DNA from: Lama glama
Taxonomy: Eukaryota
NCBI GenBank assembly: GCA_028534125.1
Contig: CM052817.1
Location: 103,418,001 to 103,482,000, forward strand
DNA: 64,000 nt
Direction of reading: 5' to 3'
Both the position numbers and the translations under genes were made by a program. Of the stretch, positions 51,562 through 64,000 are shown in pieces. Below the pieces are notes generated by a model. The model made no database searches and was not told where the DNA came from. It saw only the letters and a program-made list of their open reading frames with translations. Each line of letters opens with the position of its first letter. The stretch's first letter is position 1.

Positions 51562-52629
51562 AATGGAAGTTGCAGTGAGTTAAAGACACACTTTATTTGA
51601 TGTTGGGGAAAATGAGATATTTTAACACATTAACAGCTGTGATGGGGGTTGAGCACTATGCTGGCAACTGTGCTGAGGGTGACAACACTCACAGGAGAGA
51701 TGGCGCCTCAGACCTGCACCTTCACCAGGTGAACCATTTGGCAGAAAGAAAGATTCTCTCCTCCTACTCCTGATAGGTAAACAAGTGCAATAATCTGTAC
51801 CAAAAAATATTTTAACCTTGCAAAAATGAAATGTCAGACATTTTTACAAATATAATTTCCTTACAGGGCTATATTTATTTAGATTGCTTTGACTACCATT
51901 AGAGCATTATGCAGACATAAGATTTTAATCATCTTTCCTGATAATGACTAAGTTTAAATGCCCCATACATACTAACTGAGGCTTTGGTTCTATAAAAATA
52001 TTTTTTGGAGGGTGCATTTTGCACAGAATTCCACAGAACCGTATTCCTGCACCTCACCCGGGGTTTCTGATTATATTCATTGAGCATGGATAGTGATGAT
52101 GTTTAGTGGCAATTGTATATTTCTCTTTATTTCTAACTTTTGAGCTGGACACAGTAAACATAACATAGCACCTACTCCTGCATGTCTAGGCCTAAACAAA
52201 CTGGTTACGTAAAGATAAATCTTGTTCTACTTCTCCCTTCTAAATATTCACTTTTAATTATCCATAGAGCACCCTTTTCACCCACTCAGTCTAATTCCCA
52301 GAAGTCAAGGTCCCCTATGGAAGCCCATCTCCTAGGCTGACAACCTCCCTCGCCACCAACCTGCTCCTATAAAACCTCATGAAGTTCAGAAATCTATTCT
52401 TTGACATCATTGCTCCTTTCTGTTTTATACTGGGTAATCTCAGATTATTTCTACCCTAAACTAAGCAAGCCCTTTAGCTTAACAAGTACATCATCATCTT
52501 TGTCCCCCCAATTTTTTTTTATTTTAAAACAAAAACTTGACTACTATTTGCTGAGTGCTTTGTAGGGACCACCCTGTACTTATGTAAGGGTATTACCTGC
52601 ATATTTCATTTCATCAAAAATTTCTCTGA

Positions 52630-53900
52630 AACATAGACAGAACACTCTGACATAAATTTCAGCAATATTTTTTTTTCAAACCAGATCCTAGAGTAATGGA
52701 AATAAAAGCAAAAATAAACAAATGGGACCTAATTGAACTTATAATCTTTTGCACATCTAAGGCTGAAAAGACAAACCTACATATTTGCAAATGATGTGAC
52801 CAACAAGGGACTAATTTCCAAAATATACAAACAGCTCATAGAGTTTAATATAAAAAAAATGCAATCCAATCAAAAAATGGGCAGAAGACCTAAATAGACA
52901 TTTCTCCAAAGAAGACATCCAGATGGTCAACAGGCACATGAAAAGATGCTCAATATCAGAAATTATGAGAGAAATGCAAATCAAAACTACTATAGTATCA
53001 CCTCACACCAGTAAAAATGGCTGTCATTAAAAAGTCTACAAGTGGGGAGGGTGTAGTTCAAGTGGTAGAGTGCATGCTTAGTATGCACAAGGTTCTAGGT
53101 TTAATCCTCAGTATCTCCTCTAAAAATAAATAGACCTAATTGCCTCCCTTCACCAAAAAATAAAAATAAAATATTTATTTTTTAAAAAGTCTACAAATGA
53201 CAGATGCTGGAGAGGGTGTGGAGAAAAAGTAACCCTCCTATGCTGTTGGTGGGAATGTAAATTGGTGCAGCCACTATCGAGGACAGTATGGAATTTCCTT
53301 AGAAAACTAAAAATAGACTTATCATGTGATCCAGGAATCCCACTCCTGGGCACATATTGGGAGAAAATTATAATTCAAAAAGACACATGCACCTCAATGT
53401 TCATAGGAGCATTATTTACAGTAGTCAAGACAGGGAAACAACCTAAATGTCCATTGACAGATGAGTGGATAAAGAAGACGTGGTATACACACACACACAC
53501 ACAGACACACAATGGGATATTACTCAGCTATAAAAAATAAAATAATGCCATTTGCAGCAACATGAATGGACCTAGAGATTATCATATTAAGTGAATTAAG
53601 TCAGACACAGAAAGACAAATAACATAATAAGATGTCACTTATAGGTGGAATCTAAAAAAAAGATACAAATTTTATTTACAAACCAGAAATAGACTCACTG
53701 ACATAGAAAACAAACTGTGGTTACCAGGGGGTGGGGGGAAAGGATAGATTAGGAGTTTGCAATTAATAGATACATGTTACTATACATAAAGTAGATAAAC
53801 AACAAGGACCTACTGTATAGCATAGGGAACTATATTCAATTTCTTATAATGAGCTGTAATGGAAAATAATCTGAAAAAGAAATGTATCTGTATGTAAAAA
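52630..53900 (+). mobile_element. L1 ORF2 3' part + 3'UTR with nested SINE (53043-53182)
   Basis: ORF 53262..53540 is L1 ORF2-like; the SINE is flanked by TSD aaaaagtctacaa. Confidence 0.93.
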
Positions 53901-54480
53901 CAAATAAAGAGAAAGCCAGGTGAGCAGGAGGGGAATTCTCTGAAATTGGAAATAGTAATAGTTTCATTTTTACAAATGAGGAAACTGAGCCCAAACAACT
54001 TATATAAAGTGTCCAAGATCACAGCCTTAATGAGATGCAGAATTCAAAGCTCCATGACTAATTCCAGAGCCCTGGCTTAACCAGTATACTGCACCTGTTA
54101 AAATACATGTCTTGACATAATAACTAAATGTCATGTGTGACCCTTGATTGGGTGGGAGATGGGGGGATTGTGGGGAGTGGGGGAAGCAGCAAAAAAGACA
54201 TTTGGGGGACAATTTTGAAAATTCTTTTACCATGGATTTGTAAATATGTAATTACTATTAGTTTTCTTATGATAATAATTTTGTAGTTAAGTAGGAAAAT
54301 GTCCTTATTTTTAGGCAATGAAGTTTCATTATGTCCTCAACCTTTCAGATGATTCAGTTAAAAAAATGTGTGACATGCACACAAGGGCGCGCCCTCACAT
54401 GGAACAACTGTTGGCATAATATTAACAACTGTTGAATCAATGTGGATGTTCATTCTACTAGTCTTTCTGTTGCTGGTAGA

Positions 54481-55248
54481 TGTAACTGGTATTCCACGTT
54501 CTTTCCCATCCCAGAAAGAATTTAGAGACAAGACACAGTTGTTAACAAAAGTAAAGCGAGGATTTATTAAAGGATGGATAGTGCACACCCAAGGGGAAAG
54601 CAGGCAGGTGAGCAGCTGCCCTGAGATTCTTTGGCAAGCTGGTTACATAGAGTGTAAAAGTGAACAGGCAGAATATTCATTAGGGAAGGAAGGGTTTGGG
54701 ATCATATTTCCTGATTTTTATCCCAACTTCACCTTTCCAAAGAGAGGAGGGATTTTTGTCCTTATTTAGTCTGGATCAGAAGTGTCATATGATAAATCAC
54801 AGAGAAAAAAATGTGACAATGAGTGTGTATATGTCCATGAATGACTGAAAAATTGTGCTGAACACTGGAATTTGACACGACATTGTAAAATGATTATAAA
54901 TCAATAAAAAAATGTTAAAAAAAAAAGAAGTGTCATGGCATCAGTGCATGATGGGTACTTCTTATCTGCAAGGCTAATTTTATTGTAATGAGCAGAAGGG
55001 TACATTTGGACACCTGCCTTTTCTCACCTTTCTTTGCTGGCCTCCAGGCTGCGTATCACCCCCAAAGGTGTGACCACTTATCAGTCCAGAGGTTCCTGCG
55101 TTTCTTTCTCTGCTTAGGGACCCCTCGTGCTTACATGGTGCATAGTTTCCTGCATTTGGCCTGTGTCTCTCTTTCTGCCCAATTCCTGCCGTTTGGTCTG
55201 TGTCCTCTCCTTTCTCTGTTCATAACTAGCTATCTGCCTGCTCTAACA
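54481..55248 (-). mobile_element. ERV solo LTR with nested short L1 end (54789-54925)
   Basis: TGT...ACA termini, minus-strand AATAAA ~54563; nested L1 has TSD agaagtgtcat (54778-54788, 54926-54936). Confidence 0.8.
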
Positions 55249-55899
55249 TTTCTACATTTCCGTAGGTTTGAAAATTTTAAAAAGAAAATGTTGAGGGGAA
55301 ATGCATGTTTAGACAAGGCTCTTAAGAAATAATTCATATAACCTCAGGAGATTTTAAAGATTTAAAATTTCATGAGATTTTAAAGATCAGGTGGAGTCTT
55401 ACAGCATCTTCTCTTTTGCTGGTATTTAAGCGATTTTATTTCACCAACGGTACGAACAAGATTACACCATACACAATGTACAAATACGCATTAAAAGTAT
55501 GGAAGTGTATGTATTCATGTATTCTAGTACCAGCATTACCTATGGGGATTAGTATTAACAGAAAATTTTACTTACATTTTCACAACGATATGTATTTTCA
55601 GAAAATGTTATAAAAATGTAGTTCCATTTTTTAAAAGTCCTAAACATTTCTTATTGCCTCATGTCCCACTGGTGAAATCTGTAAATACGTCATAGAAATT
55701 AGTCTTTCTTCTGTTCGTGTTTTGAGCGATAAATGGGAACCTAGGATTCTATCGCTGATTCTATGCATGGGGCAGTGCTGCAAACAAAAATTAAGTAAGA
55801 CGGAGAAAAGTTAATGTTTTACAAAGCAGCAAGTGGCTACTAAAAATATTTCAGTTCTTGGACTTGGAACGCATCCTTTAGTGCCAAAATCTCCGCCAA

Positions 55900-56660
55900 C
55901 CTGGAACGCATGGGAGGTAGCGGGGTCTTCCAGAAACACAGGCGGTCCTAACCGCAGCGGAGGCCTCAGGCTGGTCTTCAGGAAGAGGCACGCCCCTTCC
56001 GCATAGACCAATCGGGAGCGAGGTTTCGGAGCCGCCCCCTCTGCATCGGCTAATAGGAAGCGAGACGGCGGGGCCAGGAAGGCCTCGGGCCGCGGGGCCC
56101 GCCCTCTGCGCCTCGGCTAATCGGGAGGGAGGGGCAGGCCCCGGGGCGGGTCCCGGAAGGCGGCGCGAGGCGCAGGTGCGGAGGCCGGGCTGCCCGGCTG
56201 CGGCCTCGGGCGGCGGGGCTGCGGCCTCCGGCGGCGGGCAGTATGGAGGACGTGAGTGCGCAGATGCAGATGGCGGGCGGCCGGCCCGGATCCCCAATTC
56301 CGGTGCTGGGCGCGCTGGGCGGAGACGGGGGTGGGGACAGCCTTTGCCCGAGGGGCGCCTCCTGCGCCGTGCTGCCGGGGCGCGGGGTCGTGGGAGGAAG
56401 CACCCGGGAGGCGGCGGGGTCCGCGCCGCGCCGGCCCCGGGGTTGTTTTCCTAGCGGAGGCCGGGCGGTCGCCCAGCCGCGTGCGGGAGCTTGTCGGGTC
56501 CCGGAACTGGGGCGGCCCGCGGTTCGCATGTGGGGCGTCTGGCCTCTGGGACGCAGGACGTCCCGCTCTTCGTGGACCCGGGGCTTGTCCCTGAGGGCCA
56601 TGAACTGGAGCGGCAGCGGCTTCCTGGGCAGACCTGTCCCTGTCATCAGCCGGAAACCCT
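55900..56660 (+). promoter_or_regulatory. TMEM192: CpG island / TMEM192 promoter
   Basis: Very high GC and CpG density; CCAAT at 56008-56012 with two similar CTAAT boxes (~56050, ~56117); GC box ggggcggg at ~56143; contains the start exon. Confidence 0.92.
56243..56251 (+). CDS. TMEM192: TMEM192 coding exon 1 (MED)
   Basis: ATG GAG GAC then canonical donor gtgagt at 56252; phase 0 join to exon 2 gives MEDGSLD..., as in the recalled mammalian TMEM192 N-terminus. Confidence 0.85.
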
Positions 56661-59600
56661 CACTGGATATGAACAGTGTCGTGATGTTTTGAATCGAGTC
56701 ATGGTAGGAATGAAGGGATTTTTAAATCTCCTTCCTTAGATGGATCCAAACCAGATTGCTAAGAAACCAGTGCCCTAGTTACAGTGGATATAGTGTATAT
56801 AGGAGTGAAGGGTAGTTAGAAAAATCTTTGCTTAAGTGCATTAAAACATTGTTTAGAGGAAGCATGTGTTTGTGCTCAGAATTAACTGGGTTGCCCATTG
56901 ACACGAAATAAATTCTTGCCCAGAAGAAATGCAAAGTTGACAGTTATATTAAAACACTAATTTGGGTTAATGAAGTAATAGAAATATTACTGTAATCTTA
57001 GCACTGAGTGAAGTGCATCGGGCAAGGCACATGAAACACAGTTCCAGTCCTACAAGACCTTAGATCCTTGCGCAAATAGTGACCAATTTCTAATGATAAA
57101 ACTAAAGAATTTTATTTTTTCAGTTGAGAAAATGGAAAGTAACTGTAAGCCCTGAAAGTAAATTTAAGACTTGTACATATTTAAAGAAAAATGGATTTTT
57201 TTCTAAATTTTTAAGGGTGAGATTCAGGAGCTGACAATGTATGGAGAAAATGAGTATCTGAGAGGAACATGAGACTCTTGGAAAAATTTTTGGTTAGGGC
57301 TAAGCTGCCTCGGGTTCTTGGATCTGTAGCTTTTAGCTTTAGGATGAGTACAATCCTAGAAATTTGTTTCACCGCACAATTGGAGAGTAATGTTTCACCA
57401 ACAACTACATAACTAAATCACTTTAGATCTGAGTAAGTTGCTTGCTTTTGGTATTTTTGTGGATATGATTTCTACCACAAAGTAAAAGGCTAAAAACCAT
57501 GTCTTAGGCCCAGACACTTAAATGAGTTAAAAGAGGCAAAGGTTTTTTGTTAGGGTTCCTTGTTTGCAAGCAGGCAAACCAACTCAGGCTACTTTAAGGA
57601 AGAAAGAGATTTATTCCAAAGGATATAGGGTAGATGAACACCTAAGCCTCTGAAAGGACCCAAACAAGGGCAGCTCAGCAGATCCAATGACTGGAATTCT
57701 TTCAGTGTCTGTGGTGGGATGGGGCTCCCTCAATCACGGCCTCCCTCCCTTTGTGCTGCTCCCAGAGACAGTTGGATTGGCCCCGCCCTCTTTGGTTCCA
57801 TGACCACCCCTAGGCCCGAGGAAGGTGAGGAGCATCAAAGGATGATCCCCTTGAGACATAATGCAGAGGTAGACATTGGGTCCCCAAAGGAGGCAGAGGT
57901 ATTGTCATAAAAGAAGAGGGAAGAGATGATGTGGACCAAAAACAGACATCTATCTTCTCCAGGTAGCGATGTAGTTATTAATCGTGGGAATGAAGAGATT
58001 GGCTCAGGGTCATCTTCCCTTCACCTGTCACTTGCAGATGGCAAGTTACAGAGAGTGACAGGGTGCAGGGTGCTGTTTGCATGGTTTTCCTACACTTCCT
58101 TTAGGATCCAGAGGACAGTGTATTTGATATAGCCACCAAATACATTGTATTTCTTGAAAAGTTAATAAGTGACATAGAGGAGAAACTGTATTGCTCCCAA
58201 CCCCTTCAGTACAGTCAGGGAAAACAAAAGGCCTGCTCATAAAGGAAACAATACAAGGCAGCATGACTAATGGTCCAAATTAATATTACAGGTATTACGT
58301 TTTATAGGAGTTTTAAATGTAGAAAGAAAACACTTGGCAGGACGAGTTTTGTAGAGACCATAAGTCTTGATTGGACCTTGAACGATGAGTTGGATTCTGA
58401 AAAAGGGAAGAGAGGATATTTGTGGGGCAATCCAGAAAGCGCATTTCGGCTGGAGAAGTTGCATGAAGGGGACCGGGGACCTCATGGGAGATAAGGTGGA
58501 CTGTTGTCTTAGAGTCAAGGTACTACCTTGTTAAAAAATTTCCAGATCCCATCTGTCCAGGAAGTTGGGCCATCTTTCAAAAGAGTTGAGTGAATACTCA
58601 GCACACATATTGAGCACCTGCTGTGTATCAGGCATTAAGGGTACAAAGAACATGGTATAATGCAGAGTCCTGCCCTTATGAGGCACACCTCATCCCAACC
58701 GCTGGGATACCTCGTGCTTAGGACTGTGAGTTATAATAGTGTAAGAGAGTAGTGGGGACTTCTGTTCCTGGCCAACGTGAAGGATCCTGCCTGAAAGAAC
58801 CCAAAACCTGTATATAATGTATGAAATGTCATATTTTGAGATAGTGGACATCAGACAGTGAAGGACCATGGTCTCTGAGGGATGGGGAACAAGTGATGTG
58901 AGCCCTGTGTTTGCCCCAGTTCACCGCCTTGAGAGAGTTTGGGGGCTGTGACTGAGGAAGGGGGACCAGGCGGGGCTTTAGTAGACCCAGAGTTGAGGGA
59001 GGTGCAGCTGAATCTGGGGAGATGGAGGCAATTGGACTTCACAGGACATAGGGCCCAGAGAGCAGAGTGCTGTGCAGAAGGAGAGCTCAGGAGAGGTTCA
59101 GAGTCCCCGCATGTGTCCAGCTGAGTCCTGCTCTGCCTTCTTCCAAGGAAACTCCCTGAGGACTGTCAGAGAACCACCTGGAAGGATTAGAAGGAGCAAG
59201 GCCAGGAATAGTACTTGTGCTACCAGCCTGACAGGAAGCCTTGTAATCACACTGTACTAGGTAGAATGTTCAGAAAGGTCGTGCCTCACTTGTGGGGAAT
59301 AATTAGCATCAGGCCAAACATGGTATGGCCCCACCTACAGAGCACCTTAAAAGAAAGACCAAAAGATCAAACTGTTTCAAATGACTGAACTAAATCCCAG
59401 AACAAAGCTCAAGAATATTTATAAGAATACAAATATGTCCAGCACCCAGAGAGGTAAATTTTGCAATGTCTGGCATCCAATCCAAAATTACTAGGCTTCT
59501 GTAATTACGTGATGTGATGGAGGAATTAGCTAATGCTGGTCATAGCTAATGCTTGTGGTCGTCATTTTGCAACATATAAGTGTATCAAATCAACTCATGG

Positions 59601-62192
59601 TACACCTTTAACTTATACAACGTGACATGTCAATTATATCTCAACAAAGTGGGAAAAAAATGATCACGGCACACAAAGAGACAGTGGAATATGACACATA
59701 ATGAGTCAATTAAAACTGATTAAAAAATGATGTGCTAGGAATAGCAAACTAGGACATTAAAAAATTACAACTCTTTCCTATATGATCCAAAGGTTAAAAA
59801 GACACACAGGAGATATAAAATAGACCCACTCAAACTTGTAGAAATGAAAAGTACAACGCCAGGGGACAAAGGCGGTAGGAACAGTGCGGAGGCATCAGAG
59901 AAGGCAGGATTTTTACTGAAACAAACCTTTGACAGGTGAAGAGGCCCAGGGATTGGGAGGGTTTCTGGAGAGACTGAAACTGAACAGTGAGCATCGGGAG
60001 GAGAGAGGCGGTAAGAGGCCTATCCAGACAAGTTGCTTGGGACGGAACTGTAAGGCAGACAGCCAGACTAAGAATTCGGACTCGGTCTTGAGGATAATGG
60101 GGAGGAAGCCAAGGTACAGGGGGAGAGAAACTTGAGTGTCCACTTTGGAAGAACTCTGACTCCAGTGAGAAAGGTCGCGAAGGTCTGGAGATGCGAGGGT
60201 CCTAGTAAAGGCCACGAGACCTGCCACGAGGGCCTGGACTGAGGTGGTGAGAACAGAAAGAAAAGAGCAGATCTAGGAGTTAGAATGGTAATGAAGGCTG
60301 TCTGGGGAACAAAGGAAAGCAAGAGTTAGCAGACGCCAGGGCTGATACTTAGTGACCTTTGCTCCGTGCCAGGCAGTGTGCCAAGCACTTTTATGTTCAC
60401 TGATGCCTTTGTCTTCCCAGCAAAGCTGGGAAGCAGGTGCTGCTCCCTCCTTTGTACAGGTGGGGGCGCTGAGGCGGAGAGGTGGGAGGCTTGCCCACAG
60501 CTCGAAGCACTTATGTTTGAACCCAGGCCGCTCATTGGGGGAGCCCACCGTTAAGCACAGCACTTCCTGCCTCTGGTCAGAGTGGTTTCTCCCCACAGCT
60601 CTTGATAATCTCTCTGATTAGCCCAGATCTTTGCTGATATCCTAGCTGAGTTAGAGGAAGGCAAGGACAGGTCTGCAGCATCCATTCATTCATCCCATGT
60701 TGGCTGAGTGCCAATCATGAGTCCCTGTTGGGCGCTAGGATTGCAAAGGTGAAGAAGTGGGGAGTTAGTGGATCCTGTGATGTGATCTTGTGGGGAAGAC
60801 AGATAAGACAGTATGATTGTGGAGGTGAGCGCAAAATGCTTGGGAAGACCTGGGCCGCAGGTGGCAGGGGCCGTAGGGGAGATCCAGATGCTTGGGTGCC
60901 AGGGAAGGCTACCTGTGGGAACTCCCTCAACTGGAAGGACAGCCTCGGGGTGCACAAGCCACAGAGGCAGCACAGCTCCTAACTGAGAAAGCTAGAGGCG
61001 GAGGAGTCTGGAAGGGAACAGTCTGGAACAGTCACAGCAAACTAAACAGGAAGCTATCCAGACATTGAATAAAAAACCTGCAGCAGCGCTGAATGGCTGC
61101 GAGTGGAAATTGAGAAGCCCACCCAGTTCTGGTCATGCCCCAGATTGCTGTGTTATCTTGAAATCCTGGTGCCCCGCAGCCCGCCCTTACACCACTCGTC
61201 CCCCTCTCCGCCCCTTCCAAAGTGAGGAGTCTTTATCCTCTAACTCCATGTCCTGTTCTCAGGCTTCCCTTTTCCCACCAAGTCTTCACTTCCCTCTCAT
61301 TCTAGTGCAGCTAGCTAACCTAAATTGGTTGTGTCCTCTGTGCTGATCACTCACTAATTTATCATGTGCTTCCCCGCAGTATGCCATTCACTGTATTCTG
61401 CCGTGTAGTCTTGTGTTATTCAGCCATGCACACCTTTATCCCTAACCTCTCTGATGCAAATGTCATCTCCTTTTGACTGTGTCTTACATTCCTTTGTCTC
61501 AGGAACAGCGCCTTGTATATAATAGTTTTCAGTAAGGATCTGAGGTTGAGAGATTGTCATGTGCACCAGAGACCTGAAGCACTCTTCCTGTCAAGACAGT
61601 ACCTTTAAACACAACTCACTAGATTTTTCAGTTGCAGCTCAGCCTTTCTGGCTATTTCAGTGACCTTGCAGCTAGTTGTTTCCATTGAGAAGCTGTTATC
61701 TACATTCTGAAGTCTATCAGGGTGGTCTGTTTCTGTTAGTACTCCACAATACTTCCGTCATACCTGAAAGTTTGTTTTAAGACCTCTTAAAAAAGACTCC
61801 ACCAACTTTCCAAAATTTTGTGGAACGCCAAGATACCGTTGAAGAATTGCCACCGTATGTAATTATTTTATCAATAATATAAATAATGTTAACTAAATCA
61901 ATATGTAAGTTTTGAGACCTTGAAGAAAATTACTTGCTTTAATCTTGTGTATTTGAAGACAAATGAATTAAGATTTCCTCTACCTGTTTTAATAATTGTT
62001 GTTTTTACCAGTTTGTATGCAGTAGTCATCAAGCGGCTCATGGTAGTTTTTCAAAATTGGCTTTAGGTAGGGAGTGGGTTTTCTTGCCTCTATTTGTGTA
62101 ATGGATTTTGAAATTTTAGTTTAGTAGATTTGGCTGGGAGACATCATCCAGAAAGTGGTGATTACAGCTTGCTTCCTTTTTTCTGCACCCAG

Positions 62193-62339
62193 GGTTCCTT
62201 GGACCTCATCCAAAGTATCGAAGATGACCCCCTCCTGGACATCCAGCATCTCCCCCATCACTCGTTACATGCTCATTTTAGACCCAGATTCCACCCTCTT
62301 CCTACGGTCATCATAGCAAACCTTCTCTTACTAATACAT
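62193..62339 (+). CDS. TMEM192: TMEM192 coding exon 2 (lysosomal transmembrane protein 192); gene continues beyond the window
   Basis: Acceptor cttcctttttttctgcacccag|, donor CAT|gtaagt; 147 nt; [49 protein letters not shown], recognised as TMEM192. Confidence 0.96.
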
Positions 62340-62769
62340 GTAAGTTGGTTGGAAGAAAGTGATCCATCCAGAGGTGACGTTTTTAAAAAATGTGTAAGCT
62401 CTTCAGAGAGCAGTTTGGCTATATCTATCAACACTTAAAGTGTGCATATTGTTTTACTCCAATACTGTCTTCAAAGAATTTATTGTAGACATACCTGTGC
62501 ACACGTGAGGATACTGTTTATGACAGCAGTGCCGTCTGTGATGTGAGGAAACTGCAAGCTGCCACCATCCAGAGGATGCTCCTTACATCCCATCCACATG
62601 AAGGAATGCGTATGCAGCGTTGAAAGAGGAACTTAGAAACCTGGGGTGGCTGTGTGTATATTGAGACTAGCCTTCACAATTGCATTGTTGAATGGAAAAA
62701 AATGTAGTTCGCAGTGGTGTGCGCCTTTTAAAAGGGAGTCGAGAGGGCTGTTGTTTGCATAGGTGATAT

Positions 62770-63690
62770 TGTGACTATGAGAAATAGATTTGGAAATTCA
62801 GATGACTGAAATAGAGTTCTCATATCGGTTTGGTCTTTGTCCATGGTTCCCGGCTCGTAGCTCCCAAAGCCCTTGGAATTTCCTGAGGGATAAGAACAAT
62901 GGGAGCATCTTTTGTTGTAATTTTTGGTCTCTAGTTCTCAGTTCCTGAGATCCCTTCAGAGTCAGAGGTGAAATGGGTGTCTTGATATTCATAACAACCC
63001 CTCCCCACCACTGCTGGGTTCATGTTAATGAGGTGGCTTTGAACAGCCCCTAAGGGTGGGGGCTGGTTGCCTGGGGAACCAACTAGAAATAGAGGATTGC
63101 AGCTTTCAGCCCCACCCCCTGACCTCTGAGGAGGGGACAGAGTCTGGAGATTGGAGCAACCACCAGTGATCGGTGATTTAATCAACCGGGCCTATGTAGT
63201 GGAACCTCCATAAAGTCCCAAAGGAGGGGTTCAGAGAGCGCAGGCTGGGGAGCCAGAAACCTTGTTGTGAACCACCCTGTTGGGCCCCAAACTCCACGAG
63301 GACAGAAGCTCCTGTGTTTGGGACCTGGCCCAAGGCATCTCTTCATCGGGCTGTTGATTTGTAATCTTTAATATTGTTTGTACAAAGCTGGTGATCTAGT
63401 GAGTAAACAAGTTTCCTGAGTTCTGTGAGCCCCTCTAGCAAATGAATTGAACCCAAGGAGGAGTTGGTGGGAACCTTTGATTTGTAACTGGTTGGTAAGA
63501 AGCACTGGAACAACTTGGACTGGGAATTAGCATCAGACGTGGGGGCAGTCTTGTGGGACTGAGCGTGTAACCCCTGGGATCTACCCCAGGTAGATCGTGT
63601 CAGAATTGAGTTGAATTGTGGGGCACCCAGCTGATGTCAGAGCATTGTCCCCCCCAGCCTCCCCAGCACGTTGGAATTGGTACTAGAAAC
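62770..63690. mobile_element. MER21-like LTR in TMEM192 intron 2
   Basis: ctcccaaagcccttggaatttcctgag...ctttcagccccaccccctgacctctgaggagggg...gtgtcagaattgagttgaattg. Confidence 0.75.
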
Positions 63691-64000
63691 TTAACATGTA
63701 TTCCTTTATTCTGTAATGGAATATTTCCAGACGCGTTCACAAGACCCTTTGGATACTAGTTGCACTGCGGGCCTCAGTGGAAGGGACACCTAGTATATTT
63801 TACTGTTTACTTTTTTGGACTATTTGAAAAACAAATGTTTAACCCTATGCATGTATTACTTTTTCAGTCATAAAAACAGAAAAGATACAGATAAATCTAT
63901 ATATGTTGACACAAAAGTTTATCAATTTATCTACACACCTAGGAAATAATGTGAAGCAGAGAAATCAGTTTACAGAAGAATAAGTATGATGTTGCCCCAT

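Noticed and set aside
841..53182. tRNA-like sequences (GGTATAGCTCAGTGGTAGAG...GGTTCAATCCCCAG) as tRNA genes
   Set aside because: About 12 diverged copies with A-rich tails and TSDs: tRNA-derived SINEs.
55878..56739. Long overlapping GC-rich ORFs in the CpG island (up to 198 aa)
   Set aside because: Stop-poor composition artefact; the real coding part is 9 nt before the donor at 56252.
1..64000. CRISPR arrays, operons or other prokaryotic systems
   Set aside because: The sequence is mammalian; there is no regular repeat-spacer structure.

Overview
Mammalian genomic DNA, probably camelid (inferred from the tRNA-derived SINE family and the L1 3' ends). It is repeat-rich, with L1, SINE, ERV/MaLR solo LTRs and microsatellites. 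The right end holds the CpG-island promoter and first two coding exons of TMEM192 (+ strand; [19 protein letters not shown]...). The main observation is a decayed 8-exon protein-coding gene on the minus strand, 28601->6505, which the ORF track does not reveal as a unit. All 7 introns have GT..AG ends and all adjacent exon phases match (1,1,1,2,2,0,1). Exon 1 encodes a signal-peptide-like N-terminus. The reconstructed product is about 930 codons and rich in Cys and aromatic residues; I cannot assign it to a family. Exons 3-8 carry in-frame stops and/or frameshifts, and exon 3 has an L1 insertion with a 16-bp TSD, so it looks like a lost (possibly unitary) gene upstream of TMEM192. Other points of note: a CpG-rich solo LTR dense in transcription-factor motifs, a retroposed mRNA 3' end inside an L1, and an apparently altered TMEM192 N-terminus next to a 21-bp duplication. 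Repeat family names are from recall, and repeat boundaries are approximate unless a TSD is given.
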